From positions 1-64,000 of the forward strand of contig JAVLKG010000007.1 in the NCBI GenBank assembly GCA_032128875.1: a stretch of DNA of 64,000 nt. Direction: 5' to 3'. How positions within the stretch are numbered: the first letter of the stretch is position 1; each line of letters starts with the position of its first letter. The notes beneath the pieces are model-generated. The model was not told the DNA's origin. It searched no databases and worked only from the letters and a program-made list of their open reading frames with translations. Positions 1-10,951 of this stretch are shown here, one piece after another. This DNA comes from Candidatus Melainabacteria bacterium 17Bon1m. Its GTDB lineage: Bacteria; Cyanobacteriota; Vampirovibrionia; Obscuribacterales; Obscuribacteraceae. Both the position numbers and the translations under genes were made by a program.

Positions 1-354
1 CGAGGATTTGTCATCGTTTCTGCCGTGGAAAACAATCGAACCCGACCAGCTCCGCATGGTTCACTGAGGTCATACACTTTAAGAACCGTTTCACTATCAA
101 GCATAGTATCGCCAGGATTTTGAAAAGGCGACCGTGTATCGAGTCCCAAAACCCTCAACGGCCGCACACTACCACGATTTGTCTCAGATACAAGAAAAAG
201 ATTTTTCGGCGAAAAATCTTTTTCGACCTTGCATGGCGTAACTCGACCTTGGCGCCCTTTCCGCTTGGGAAGCCCTGTTATGAAAGGAGAACCGCCTGGG
301 TTTTTAGGCCCAGGCGGAGAGTTCAATCGAAAGGCTAATTACTCGTAATCGGCA

Positions 355-1008
355 CTACCCGCGGTGCAGCCATCCGCCAAAGGCAATCATGGACTGCAAC
401 GAAGCAGGCGCCTTCTTGCCGGCAAGCAAATGTTCGACGCCGCCGATGTCCAGCAGGTTGACCGTATCCGGCAAGTCAGGCAGAGTCTTCAGCCCCGAAT
501 TGGTGATGAAGAGAGTCCGCAGTCCGACCGGCAGCTCGGGCAGCTGTTCGAGCTGCTTGCACTCACGCACGCACAGCGACGTGAGAGTCGATGGCAGCTT
601 GCCGATGCGCTTCAGCGAAGCACAGCGATTGAGGCTGAGCTCCTGCAAGCCTTCGGGCAGACCGTCCACTTCGACCAGACCGGAATCATCGAGGTCCAGG
701 CGCTCGATGCCGGAAGGTATGTCGGGAAGCGTCTTGAGCGACATGCAGTAATTGAGCATCAGGCGCTTCAACCCCTTGGGCAGGCGCTTCGGCAAACGCG
801 TCAGCGCGGCCGCCCCGTACAGGTTGATGGTTTCGATGCCGTCAGGCAACGAAACGCCGATGTCGAAGAGGTTGCGACAGCTTCTTACTGCCAGAGTTTT
901 CACGGATGAAGGAATGGGAGGCAACCGAGTCAACCAGCCTTGTTCGTAAAGGCTGAGAGTATCGGGCTGCATCGCGAGATGATGTGCAAGTGCTTGGTAG
1001 GTTTCCAA
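355..1008 (-). CDS. Leucine-rich repeat protein (LPxLP-type bacterial LRR)
   Basis: ~20-22 aa repeats such as LKTLPDIPSGIERLDL and LEQLPELPVGLRTLFI; TTG start with GAGG upstream. Confidence 0.8.
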   Translation of the reverse strand: METYQALAHHLAMQPDTLSLYEQGWLTRLPPIPSSVKTLAVRSCRNLFDIGVSLPDGIETINLYGAAALTRLPKRLPKGLKRLMLNYCMSLKTLPDIPSGIERLDLDDSGLVEVDGLPEGLQELSLNRCASLKRIGKLPSTLTSLCVRECKQLEQLPELPVGLRTLFITNSGLKTLPDLPDTVNLLDIGGVEHLLAGKKAPASLQSMIAFGGWLHRG

Positions 1009-1338
1009 ATCTTTTGTCCTCGTCCGTATGTTCGTTGGGAGGTTGGTAACTAGCGAAGTTCTCGTTCAATTACAGACAGGCGTAAAGCGACATGCACTGC
1101 CAAAGGTGCATGTAAAAACCGAAATTGCAAGGTAAATGTGTCGCCTGTGTGCCTGGGTCGCCTGTGTGTGTTTGAATGAGAACTGCTTTGAACCTAGCTA
1201 TTTGTGCGAGAGAACGGCAATGCGATAGCAGGAAATATACACATAAGGAAATGATTTTTTCGAAAATCTTTCGAAATGGCCCTGTACTTATTCTTCTATT
1301 ACAAAGTCCGAAAGGTATGACTGCGCAGCGCTTTCGGG

Positions 1339-2541
1339 TTAGCGCAAGTCCTGCGAGGTTAGCGAAAGTATCAGGCACAATCCTGTCGCTTCATGATTGT
1401 TACTCAGTGACCTTTTATTGTCTTTTGGGCTCGCAGTGAACTCCTTGAGCACCTGTAAATGAGACTCCATGTTCGCTTTTTTGCTCAGCGAAACATTGTC
1501 ACGACGAAGCAAACTTTCCAACCGCGCAATTGCAAACTGAGTTAACCAGCCATTCTTATCCGTCAGAAAATAAAGTGCAGCCATGACCATTAGCGAGACA
1601 AACGCAGAATAGACTGCCAAATTCACTTCCGTTTTCGGCAGAGCCTTGAGTATCATTCGCGCTTGAGAGGCAAGCGTTTGCGCATGTTGAGCTTGCCCCA
1701 TTTTCTGATATACCTTCGCGGTAACCAACATAGTATCTGCGACCTTGGAACTGCTTGCTCCAAATATTCTGCTACGCATAGATGCAGCTTCTGCAAGCGT
1801 TTTCAAAGCCTCGTCAAAATGTCCATGATCGGCCTGCAATTGACCCAATCTGGTCAGATATTTTCCACAACCTTGAGGAACCTTGATTTCGTTAGAAAGT
1901 TTGATTGCGTCAACGTAGAATTTTTCTGCCTTTTGCCAATCGCCACGTCTCTCTGCCAAGTCTCCAAAGTCAGCATATATGTCGCAGACGCGTTCGCTGC
2001 GTGCGCCAAAGTGTTTCACTCTCACATCAAGCAAAGCTTTGTACATGCGCTCTACTTCGGCATAGTGCCCGGCTTTCATCTTTGCACCGGACAAAAGCTC
2101 CATGGTGTATCCAGGATTTACGCCGACCAAGGTTGAAACTGGAAAACGAGAATACATAAACGCAGCCGCGTTATATCGACCCAAGACTGCAAGACCAAAA
2201 GACGTTGCGTCAATAATTGCGCCAAAAAGAACCAAACTTAGAATAAGCGCCATAAAAGCCGAACAAACAGAAGAAATCGTCTCACCAACCGGAATGGTGA
2301 GAAGCAAACCAGCTGTAATACTCTCGCGTGCATTGGCTGATTTCGTCTTTCGGCTCCTGATTCTGTAAGCCAGAAAAAGCAGATAAACAACAATCTCAAA
2401 GGCGACCGCACCGGTTAAAGCCGGTGAAGGAGCCGCACAAGCAAAAACCACCAGGTAGAAGAAAAACACCAGGGCAAGAGAATAACCGAGAATATCTCGA
2501 TAGTTGTTGCTCAGTAAAAAGTGCATTGCTTTTGGCTTCAC
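1339..2541 (-). CDS. Membrane protein with TPR repeats
   Basis: N-terminal hydrophobic helices, then kinesin-light-chain-like TPRs (GHYAEVERMYKALL, GDWQKAEKFYVDAI, GHFDEALKTL), then a further TM segment. Confidence 0.7.
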   Translation of the reverse strand: MKPKAMHFLLSNNYRDILGYSLALVFFFYLVVFACAAPSPALTGAVAFEIVVYLLFLAYRIRSRKTKSANARESITAGLLLTIPVGETISSVCSAFMALILSLVLFGAIIDATSFGLAVLGRYNAAAFMYSRFPVSTLVGVNPGYTMELLSGAKMKAGHYAEVERMYKALLDVRVKHFGARSERVCDIYADFGDLAERRGDWQKAEKFYVDAIKLSNEIKVPQGCGKYLTRLGQLQADHGHFDEALKTLAEAASMRSRIFGASSSKVADTMLVTAKVYQKMGQAQHAQTLASQARMILKALPKTEVNLAVYSAFVSLMVMAALYFLTDKNGWLTQFAIARLESLLRRDNVSLSKKANMESHLQVLKEFTASPKDNKRSLSNNHEATGLCLILSLTSQDLR

Positions 2542-2699
2542 GTAGAAGACCTGCTATTTTGACTCGAATTCAATGAAAAGGACTGGAGCCTCAAGATGAG
2601 CCTAACACCAGCAATTTTTCAGTCAATAAATTCAGTGGTATAAACCGCAGAAGGACTTTCCACTAGACCCTTTGACATTGCGGTTTGAGAAATTAAAAC

Positions 2700-3794
2700 C
2701 TAAACCAGCCGCCCATGCTGTTTTAAGATGCGCAGCACGCTATCGACCGGTAATTCATGACGAACATTGTTGTCGCGGCCAGTAGTTGTTTCCGCCATGA
2801 AAAGCGCGTTAATGACAGCTTCTTCTACAGCTTCGGCGGCGGCAATAAAGAGCGGTGTAACACTCTTCATACTGAGCTCAGGTAAGTTTAAAACTCTTGA
2901 TTCGTCCCTGCGATCGTACTTTCGCGTGGTTGAGAAGGCGATGACAAAGTCTCCAGAACCATTGTTAGCATTGGCTCCGGTCCTAGCAAGTCCGAGCGCG
3001 GCGCGCTTTGCTACTCGATTTAAGAGCAAAGGCGACAGCGGCGCATCGGTGGCAACAACTATGCAGATCGATCCTTCACGATGAAGAGCGACCATCTCAT
3101 CCTCGAGTTGCCTTCCTACGGGAACCCCGTCAATCAGCAATTGGCTTCTCCTGCCGTGATTGCAATTCACCAATGCGCCGACAATGTAGCCGCCGTCTTC
3201 TTCGGGTAAGCGACGAGATGATGTTCCTATCCCACCTTTGAATTCATAACAGCTCATGCCGGTTCCCGCACCCACAGCACCTTCTGCGACCAGACCGGAT
3301 TGCGCGGAGTTCAAACTCTCAAAAACATTAGCCTCTTTGACATGGCGACCGCGAATATCATTGAGTGCGCCATCATCACACTCTCCGACGACTGGCAAGT
3401 AAGTATCATCGGTGACACCAAGCTGAGAGTACTGCTGCAACATCCAGGAAATTGCCGCATCGTAAACCATACCCACAGAGTGAGTATTGGTCAAAAGAAT
3501 CGGACCTTCCAAAAGCCCGGATTCCGCCATCCAATCCAGACCTGTCACCGAGCCATTGCCGTTCAAAACAAAAGAAGCAGCACTCAAACGCTCATTCCAG
3601 ATATCTCCAGAGTGCGGAATGATTGCTGTTACACCTGTGCGGATCGGTCCAGAACCAGGAATCAGAACGCCTTCACCCTGACTTATGGTTGAATGCCCAA
3701 CTTTTACACCATCAACATCTGTGATTGCATTATTCGTACCGGGACAATAGGCGCCTAGTTTCACGCCCCATTCTCGGGCTCGCTTGCGCGTCAT
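2700..3794 (-). CDS. dmpA: DmpA-like aminopeptidase (peptidase S58/P1 family)
   Basis: NAITDVDGVKVGH, RTGVTAI, PVVGECDDG, GAVGAGTGM, FKGGIGTSSR and the NGSGD autoprocessing motif; start trimmed to ATG 3794. Confidence 0.85.
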   Translation of the reverse strand: MTRKRAREWGVKLGAYCPGTNNAITDVDGVKVGHSTISQGEGVLIPGSGPIRTGVTAIIPHSGDIWNERLSAASFVLNGNGSVTGLDWMAESGLLEGPILLTNTHSVGMVYDAAISWMLQQYSQLGVTDDTYLPVVGECDDGALNDIRGRHVKEANVFESLNSAQSGLVAEGAVGAGTGMSCYEFKGGIGTSSRRLPEEDGGYIVGALVNCNHGRRSQLLIDGVPVGRQLEDEMVALHREGSICIVVATDAPLSPLLLNRVAKRAALGLARTGANANNGSGDFVIAFSTTRKYDRRDESRVLNLPELSMKSVTPLFIAAAEAVEEAVINALFMAETTTGRDNNVRHELPVDSVLRILKQHGRLV

Positions 3795-4388
3795 TTTTGT
3801 CTCCTTTAGTCCCAACTCAATAGAAATAGCTCACTATCTTCTGTGCCCGAAATCCTCAGCCAGAAAGCGAAATGACGGAACAGTTTTCCGCGCGCTCTAG
3901 CGAGCCTGCGCGAATGTTCGCCTGGTCCATGCAATTTACCGCACCAGACGCAGGTTTCGAAACGTTGCAAAAACGCCCTTAGCAGAGCCGCATAAGCTGT
4001 GATGTTACTTCGCAATTCCTGCAACCAAGATGCCAAGCAGCGCACCTGCACTGATATCGAGCACGCCACCATTGCCGCAGGGTTGCACATTTCCCTGCTT
4101 ACAACTCAGACAGAACAAGTGAAGCTAGCCACAGAGAGCCTCTTGGCATCCACCTTTAGATCATGGCTGGAGATCACATAGTCTCAAATCATTCCCTTGA
4201 TTCTTCTTTCTTCTTCAAACAACCCCTCCAAGAACTACACCAGTTCTTCTTATCTCCAGCGCAAGACCCGAACAAAGCTCTCCAATTGAGCTTGGATTCG
4301 GCGCGCGCTCATCTACACGACGGGAGGCTCTTCTCTCCGTCGGGGAAGCATTTTTCGCTTCTCAAACCTGCAAAGAAAAGAGGTAACT

Positions 4389-5225
4389 ATGCGCAAATGT
4401 CAATCTGCCGATCGCAACCTGTGCGCAGGTGGCGACAAGATCGCGGCGCTTTTCATCGATATCGACGGCACTTGCGTTGTCTGTCAGCCCTACTGGGACG
4501 GAGCCTTCACCGAATTCGCCAAGCTCATGCAACTCTGCAGACTCGGCTCGTTCGATGACGCCATGGCCGTCCTGAGGAAGGTCTACTACGGCAGCATGCC
4601 CATGCGCGGATTCGAGCGTCATCGCTTCGGTGAAGCCCTGCACGAAGCATACAGCGAGATGTGCAAGGCCAAGCGTCGCAAGCTCGACCCCATCATCGTC
4701 GACATCTGCAAGAGCATCGGCAGCCGCCCGTTCTTCCGCAAGCCGGAAGTCTTCGAGCACTGCCTGCCTGTCCTCGCCCGCGCCCGGCACAACTTCCTTC
4801 TGGTCGCAGTCACCGTCGGTGACCGCGAAGCTCAGAAGTACAAGATTCGCCAGGCCGGTCTGGACGCACTGTTCGACCACACCATCATCACCAACGCCGA
4901 AAACAAGGCGGAACTGGTGCGTGAAGCCATCGAAGACATGGGCATCGACCCGAATGCATCGGCCTTCATCGGCAACAGCATTCGCTCCGACGGTGCCGCT
5001 CTGTCCGAGACGAACTTCATCTACCTGCCTCTGGAACTGAGCCTCAGCCGTCCCGGTGATGCTCTTCCGGAGTCGAAGTTCCGCAAGTTCGAAGCGAAGG
5101 ACTGGCGCGAAGTCGAAGAGCGCGGCATCGTCCGCCTGCTTCGCCAGCGTCAGACGCACATGGAAGGCCAGCCCGGCGAGTTCGGCAACGAACAAGAGGA
5201 AGGCTGCACCACCTGCGGTCGCTGA
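4389..5225 (+). CDS. HAD-superfamily hydrolase
   Basis: Motif I FIDIDGT, motif IV-like FIGNSIRSD; GAGGT RBS. Confidence 0.8.
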   Translation: MRKCQSADRNLCAGGDKIAALFIDIDGTCVVCQPYWDGAFTEFAKLMQLCRLGSFDDAMAVLRKVYYGSMPMRGFERHRFGEALHEAYSEMCKAKRRKLDPIIVDICKSIGSRPFFRKPEVFEHCLPVLARARHNFLLVAVTVGDREAQKYKIRQAGLDALFDHTIITNAENKAELVREAIEDMGIDPNASAFIGNSIRSDGAALSETNFIYLPLELSLSRPGDALPESKFRKFEAKDWREVEERGIVRLLRQRQTHMEGQPGEFGNEQEEGCTTCGR

Positions 5226-5423
5226 CGGATGAAACCGCGTAGGAGGGCATTTCATGCGCCCTCTTACGCTCGGATGGCAACGCACTAAATGCGTGTCCAT
5301 CAAGAGCCGCTGTAACGGCTCAAAGGGGCGGTGACAACGCCTGTCATCGCTCCTCCAGAGCTGCCCGGATGCGCGTCAAGTTTCTGGCGCCACCGCGGGC
5401 AGTGACAACCAGGAGAAAACGAT

Positions 5424-5660
5424 TTGAAAAGATACCACGAAGATCGCGGTCTTATGAGCCGCCGCCGCAAGTTCTACGCACATGTAATGCATGTGGTTGT
5501 CGATTCGGCTGGACGCTTCCGCAAGCGCAAACCGCTCGATTGCGGTCGCGCTCAGTGCAAGCTCTGCCACGGCGAAAAGCTCTTCAACCGCCCTTCCGTG
5601 AAGGACCTTCGCGCAGACGAAGCGTTTCGGTTCGAACTCCAGTTGGCTCAGGCGCAGTAA
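5424..5660 (+). CDS. Small basic protein with CxxxxCxxCH putative Zn-binding motif
   Basis: AGGAG RBS before TTG; DCGRAQCKLCHGEK; codon style matches neighbours. Confidence 0.55.
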   Translation: MKRYHEDRGLMSRRRKFYAHVMHVVVDSAGRFRKRKPLDCGRAQCKLCHGEKLFNRPSVKDLRADEAFRFELQLAQAQ

Positions 5661-5791
5661 TTTAGCGCAGCCCCTTGCTTTGCTCGCAGCAAAGTTCGCA
5701 AGTAGCAATACTTGCATGTAGCACAGTCAGACTGGAAGCGCTCATCGAAAGGTGAGCCTTCCAGCTGTCTTGCCCAAGAGGCACAACACTC

Positions 5792-6196
5792 GTGATTAAT
5801 CTCCTTGCCAGAATCGGCTTAACGGCGCTGCTGTTCAGCTACATTTTCCCAGCGCTCTTCGGCGCGTCCGTCCACTTTACTGGCAGCTTCTGGCCAGACG
5901 CCGTGCTCTACGGAGCGGCATTTGCAGGCGTCTGCTTCTTGTTCGACCTGGTGCTCGCATTCGCCATCAACGTGTTTGGCATTGCCACTCTGGGGCTCGG
6001 CTATATCCTGGTCGGCATCTTCCTGCTCTTCGGATTCTGGCTCATCCCAGCGATCCAGCTGCAGGTCTTTGCTCACTATTTCCCGAACGTTTTTGCAATA
6101 GCCGACTGGGGTCACGCCATCCTGGCCGGGTTGTTGATAATGTTCGTGAACTGGCTGACGGCACCGACCCGACCGCAGCGGCGCCCCTCGAACTAA
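5792..6196 (+). CDS. 4-TM membrane protein, YvlD/phage_holin_4-like family
   Basis: Four hydrophobic segments; ATLGLG and FAIADWGHAILAGLL resemble the family pattern. Confidence 0.6.
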   Translation: MINLLARIGLTALLFSYIFPALFGASVHFTGSFWPDAVLYGAAFAGVCFLFDLVLAFAINVFGIATLGLGYILVGIFLLFGFWLIPAIQLQVFAHYFPNVFAIADWGHAILAGLLIMFVNWLTAPTRPQRRPSN

Positions 6197-6526
6197 GAAG
6201 AACCCGGCGACATCGGCACATAATGCTGAATGTTGCTTGGGGTTGAAACGGTAACCGCCGACTAAACCCCGACAGAGCGGGAGATGCAAACAAGCGTCTC
6301 CCGTTTCTGTTTTTTGCAGCCAGTGCTACGATATGGATAAGTAGCGCCAGTTCGGATTTCTCTCCTTTCACTGAGACGAAAGGGCTCGAACAAGTCCGGC
6401 ACCGCCCCACTTTCCAAGTCTTGCCTATCCGCTATAATCGACCAGCATTTTGCATGCGCCTTTCGCGTTTCAAATCCGTCTTTTGCTGGAACGTAAGAAT
6501 GACGGACACTTTTTGGGAGTAGAAGA

Positions 6527-7552
6527 ATGGCTGACGTCCTGTGTTTGGGTGAAATTCTGGTCGATTGGGTGTCGACGCAAGTGGGCGCCGAATTAGACGA
6601 GGCAGCCACATTCACCAAGGCGGCAGGCGGTGCGCCGGCAAACACAGCAGTGGGTCTGGCCAGACAGGGCATATCAACAGGCTTCATCGGTCGCGTTTCC
6701 GATGATGAATTCGGCAGATGGCTCAAGAGCGTCCTAGAGAAAGACGGCATCAGCACCGCATTGACGGTCAGCGATCCGGAAGCGCAAACACGAATGGCTT
6801 ATGTCGTCACGACAAAAACCGGCGACAGAAAGCTTGCCGAATTCACCAAAGTCGCTTGCGCAGACGTCCGCCTGCAAGAAAAGGATTTGAATCCACAAGA
6901 ATTCGCCAAGGCGAAAGTTCTCCACTTCGGCTCTATCTCGCTCATCGCCAGCCCAGCTAAGGACGCCACACAAAAGGCAGTAAATCTGGCTCGTGAAAAC
7001 AATATGGTGGTTTCCTACGATCCAAATGTCCGCCTCGGTCTATGGCCATCACCACAAGCATGCAAGGACGCCATTTTAGGAACTCTTAAATGGGCCGACA
7101 TCGTCAAAATCAATGAAGACGAGCTCGAGTTTTTAACTGGCTCGCGCGATACGCAAAAAGCTGACGAGCTTAGAAAAGCGCATGATTTGCCGGTTCTCAT
7201 CATCACATTAGACTCGCGCGGCGCTTATGTCTGCAATAAAGAAGGAGGCAAGGTCGTTCCCGGCTTTAAGGTCAAACTGGTGGAAGCCACGGGAGCAGGT
7301 GACGGTTTTAACTCGGGTGTTATTACTGGTCTGATGTCTTTCATCACCGATGAAGAGCGACTCAAAAAAGCTTCGGGCAAGCGGCGCCAATTGATCGAAG
7401 CAATCGATCTGAATTCACTGTGCCAGATCATCGCTCGCGCAAATGCGATAGGGGCACTGACCTGCACCCGTGCCGGTGCAATTCCGGCCCTGCCGACCAC
7501 CTCGGAAATCGATAGTTTCCTTTCGGAAATGACCGCAAATGCGCCTGCATAG
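6527..7552 (+). CDS. PfkB-family carbohydrate kinase (fructokinase-like)
   Basis: GEILVD, GGAPANTAVGLARQG, YDPNVR and ATGAGDGF signatures. Confidence 0.9.
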   Translation: MADVLCLGEILVDWVSTQVGAELDEAATFTKAAGGAPANTAVGLARQGISTGFIGRVSDDEFGRWLKSVLEKDGISTALTVSDPEAQTRMAYVVTTKTGDRKLAEFTKVACADVRLQEKDLNPQEFAKAKVLHFGSISLIASPAKDATQKAVNLARENNMVVSYDPNVRLGLWPSPQACKDAILGTLKWADIVKINEDELEFLTGSRDTQKADELRKAHDLPVLIITLDSRGAYVCNKEGGKVVPGFKVKLVEATGAGDGFNSGVITGLMSFITDEERLKKASGKRRQLIEAIDLNSLCQIIARANAIGALTCTRAGAIPALPTTSEIDSFLSEMTANAPA

Positions 7553-7836
7553 CAGGATTCCGAGCAACAGTTAGCGCAACCATTTCACCCTGACAACCCT
7601 CATCCTTGCAACCAAATTACTCTTACTGATAGGGTCAATTTGTCCTCTTATTCACATCACCCTACCCAAGCATTCAAGACATCCAAGTAGCTCAGGCAAC
7701 CTTGCACAGCCAATAAAAGCCCTCTTCAGAAACCGTCCCGGTTTTTGGCTGTACACCGCGCTCTTGCCTTACTGACTTTGCGTAAATCAATTGCCGCTTG
7801 CAGTGCAGACGGCGTAAATTTCTAGTGGAGACAAAC

Positions 7837-8139
7837 ATGTCGATCACGATCTATCTCTTCATGGCGCCCCTCTTTCTTGCGTGCTTACTCTTCGCACTGG
7901 GCTGCGCCACAGTCATCTCGTCAAAACGCGGCGGGCATCCGAGGACTATCTACTGGAACAAGATCTTCAGCGGCCTCGGCTATCTCTCGCTCACTCTTCA
8001 AGGCGCCATCGTGATGCCGTACCTTCAGGGAACGCAGCTCTTTGTGTCCCTCATCGTCGACATCGCCTTCGCTCTTTTCGGTCTCTTCATGCTCAATTGG
8101 GGACTGAAGTTGCGCAAGGCAGCCAAGACAGGCAAGTAA
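7837..8139 (+). CDS. Small 3-TM hypothetical protein
   Basis: GGAG RBS before ATG 7837; three hydrophobic segments. Confidence 0.6.
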   Translation: MSITIYLFMAPLFLACLLFALGCATVISSKRGGHPRTIYWNKIFSGLGYLSLTLQGAIVMPYLQGTQLFVSLIVDIAFALFGLFMLNWGLKLRKAAKTGK

Positions 8140-8464
8140 GTGCTGAACCGAATTGCCCGGTTGATAACGTAAAAGCTGCGAAAAAATTTCGCTGCTTTCG
8201 TTTTCAAGCACACTGGAAGTAGAGCTTGAAACCAGCTCTATTTCCTTTTCTCGGCGTTTCTACCATATGTTTTAGTGAAACAAATACAGAACCCGCCATT
8301 AGCGCGTGATGAATCGATGCACTACAGTTTCGGATCAAGAAAACACCTATAATGAACGCAACATGAGCCTGCACGTTGGCAAGTGCTATGGGGCAGCGAC
8401 AACCGATTCCGAACTTGCAAAGGAAATGGAATTGGAAAAGTAGTCGGAAAAGTAGAGAGGCGCT

Positions 8465-9496
8465 ATGAGAAAAGTTGCGACAGTTCAATCGTTGGTTTCG
8501 GCAGTTCTGATTCTGGCTAGCCAGGGCGCAGCAATGCAGCCTGTGTTTGCTCAGCTCAAACAAGCACCCCCGGCAGTAGCCAATCCACCAGCCGCAGCAA
8601 AACCTGCTGTTGCCACGGACAAGGACAAGAAAGAAGACACCATCGTCGTCGTACAAGAATCCAAGCCGATTGTGCAAAGCTCTGCAAAGTGGCAAAAGTT
8701 CACCGACTACATCAATATCAAACAAGGTCAAGACACCGTGCCTTTGACCATGACTTTCAAAAACGGCTCAGAAACAGCTTTGCCGTTTGAGTCAATGCGA
8801 ATTTTCCTGGCCGGAAGACTGCTCGGCACCGAAAAGAACTTCAAGAGCAGAGTTTTGACAATGGACATGTCTGGCGCCCTGGCAGTGGGCGGAACACAGC
8901 TGATCATCGAAGCGTTCGGTCCTGCCGGCGCCTCGCTGAGCTGGCAAATCACCACGCCGAGAGTCTCAGTCTCCTCCATTGCTCCTAAAGAAGCCGCTCC
9001 CTCAGACAAAATTGTTATCACAGGTAAGAATTTCAATCGCGGCGCTCTTGTGCAAATCGGCAAGCAGTGGGCAAAAATCACTGAATTGAGCGCCACCAAA
9101 ATGACGGTTCAAGTACCTGCAGACATCGAAGGCGGAAAGCAACAACTTATCGTCACCCAAGCTACGATTAAGAGCAAAGCCCAGGAATTGACAATCAAGG
9201 CAGCTCCCTCTGTAACGGGCATAGACACTCTTTCTGCACCTCCTGGACAACCAGTCGGCATCACCGGCAAGGGCTTCTCGAAAAATGCTTCCGAAAACAT
9301 CGTTACCTTCAATGGAACGCCTGCCAGTGTCACTTCTGCCTCGGCAACACACCTTTCTGTAATCATCCCTGAAATGAGCTTTCCGCAGTGGGATGTACAA
9401 ATCAAAGTGAAAACCAACGGTCAAGAATCAAAAGACAGCGTCAAGATGAACATCCAATCGCGCGTTATCGAAAATAGCGGCGTACCTGAGCAATAG
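8465..9496 (+). CDS. Secreted IPT/TIG-domain protein
   Basis: Signal peptide; two PxVxxIxP...ITGKxF IPT repeats. Confidence 0.75.
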   Translation: MRKVATVQSLVSAVLILASQGAAMQPVFAQLKQAPPAVANPPAAAKPAVATDKDKKEDTIVVVQESKPIVQSSAKWQKFTDYINIKQGQDTVPLTMTFKNGSETALPFESMRIFLAGRLLGTEKNFKSRVLTMDMSGALAVGGTQLIIEAFGPAGASLSWQITTPRVSVSSIAPKEAAPSDKIVITGKNFNRGALVQIGKQWAKITELSATKMTVQVPADIEGGKQQLIVTQATIKSKAQELTIKAAPSVTGIDTLSAPPGQPVGITGKGFSKNASENIVTFNGTPASVTSASATHLSVIIPEMSFPQWDVQIKVKTNGQESKDSVKMNIQSRVIENSGVPEQ

Positions 9497-9525
9497 ACAG
9501 GCGACAAGCCGAATGAGTACTTTGA

Positions 9526-9552
9526 GGGCGGTGCAAATGCATCGCCCTTTTT
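9526..9552 (+). terminator. Intrinsic terminator between convergent genes
   Basis: GGGCGGTGCA-AA-TGCATCGCCC hairpin followed by a T run. Confidence 0.6.
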
Positions 9553-9587
9553 GTGTTTACGAAGCCCTCACAGACTCTCTCTCTCTA

Positions 9588-10811
9588 CTACGGACCCTTC
9601 TCGCCGGCAGATGCCAGCGCAAGCGGCCTCTTCAGCGCCTCTCGATTGACTGAGAATATTCCGGCAGAACCGCCATTGACAGCGACATTGACCAGCATGC
9701 GAGCCAGGTTGAGCCCAAAGCCCAGGCCATGCCCATTGCAGCCCACCGCGCAAAAAACACCCGGCAATCCTTCATGCTCACCAACTAGAGGTAAGCCGTC
9801 GTTCGTAAAGGCCATCAAGCCGGAGAACCTGTAATCTACCGGCGTCCCTGCACACTCAGGAAAACGGTTTTTTAGATAAGACTCGAGCGCTTGCTGCACA
9901 GAGCGCGTTACCGAGTCACCAAAACCACGCTCCTCATCCATAAATTGCTGGCGACATCCTCCCAAAAGCAGCCTGTTGTCAGGCAACTGGCGGAAATATT
10001 CAAATCCGTAATTGGCATAACAAATTGAATCCAAACCTTCGATACGCTTCTTCAACGGCCTGGTGACCAGTATTTGCCCGCGCACAACGTTCAACTTTTC
10101 CGCCAGTGCATACGAGCCGAGGGCGGCATAGGCATTGGTGCAGAGTAGGACTTTGTTGGCGACAAGCGAGCGCTTGTTGGTGGATATGACCAGCTTTCCC
10201 CCGCTGGCACTTTTCTTGACAGCAAACACCTCTTCGTCTTCGTAAACGGCGGCATTGCTCTTCTTCAAAAGCGCCCGCGCCAGCTTCACCGGGTTGATGG
10301 CAAAGTCTTTCGGGTTGAATATGGCTCCGTAATAGTCGCGGTCGATTGGGTCATCGACCAAGAATTCAACGTCAAAACCGTCTTCTTTCATGAGTTCTGC
10401 CGATTGCCTGAGATCGTCAAGCTCGTCCAATGAATTGGCAAGCAAATAGGAGCCACATTCGCTCAGCTCGAAATCGTCGCTGGTATTTTCGGCAAAAACC
10501 CTTATCTGGCGCTGGTTTTCTTCGGCGAATTTGAAAACCTCACGGGCCATCTCACGACCATACAACTTGATGGCATGGTTGTAATAAGCTTGAATACCGC
10601 GCAGCACGAAGCCTGCGCTGCGACCTGTAGAGCCGCCGGCGATACGACGACTCTCGAAAAGAGCAACTTTGAGATCACGCGTCGAATCGCCTGATTGCAG
10701 CAGCGAGGCGGCCGCACAGCCGATGATGCCACCACCAATGATGGCAATATCCACTTCGTCCAGGATCTCTTCTGCGGAGGAGCGTTCGTCGAGCCAAATA
10801 GACAATGTCAT
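9588..10811 (-). CDS. FAD-dependent oxidoreductase (DAO/PuuB-like)
   Basis: IAIIGGGIIG Rossmann motif, GSTGRSAG, DGLPLVG, GCNGHGL. Confidence 0.88.
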   Translation of the reverse strand: MTLSIWLDERSSAEEILDEVDIAIIGGGIIGCAAASLLQSGDSTRDLKVALFESRRIAGGSTGRSAGFVLRGIQAYYNHAIKLYGREMAREVFKFAEENQRQIRVFAENTSDDFELSECGSYLLANSLDELDDLRQSAELMKEDGFDVEFLVDDPIDRDYYGAIFNPKDFAINPVKLARALLKKSNAAVYEDEEVFAVKKSASGGKLVISTNKRSLVANKVLLCTNAYAALGSYALAEKLNVVRGQILVTRPLKKRIEGLDSICYANYGFEYFRQLPDNRLLLGGCRQQFMDEERGFGDSVTRSVQQALESYLKNRFPECAGTPVDYRFSGLMAFTNDGLPLVGEHEGLPGVFCAVGCNGHGLGFGLNLARMLVNVAVNGGSAGIFSVNREALKRPLALASAGEKGP

Positions 10812-10951
10812 GATTGTTAGCCGGCGGGGGATGTGGAACGCTTAGGGACCCCGGTTTTTCAAAGACCGCCGATGCCCCTATATAATAAGACCCGGATTGC
10901 CTAAATCCGTACCAAATCGTGTCCCCGATCTTAAATCGAGTCAATCTTACT

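Noticed and set aside
5792-6196. Prophage suggested by a holin-like gene
   Set aside because: YvlD-like proteins are common chromosomal genes; no endolysin, structural or integrase genes are present.
6197-6290. RNase P RNA suggested by AGAACCCGGC
   Set aside because: The matching 5' GAGGAAAGTCC element is absent and the upstream sequence is coding.
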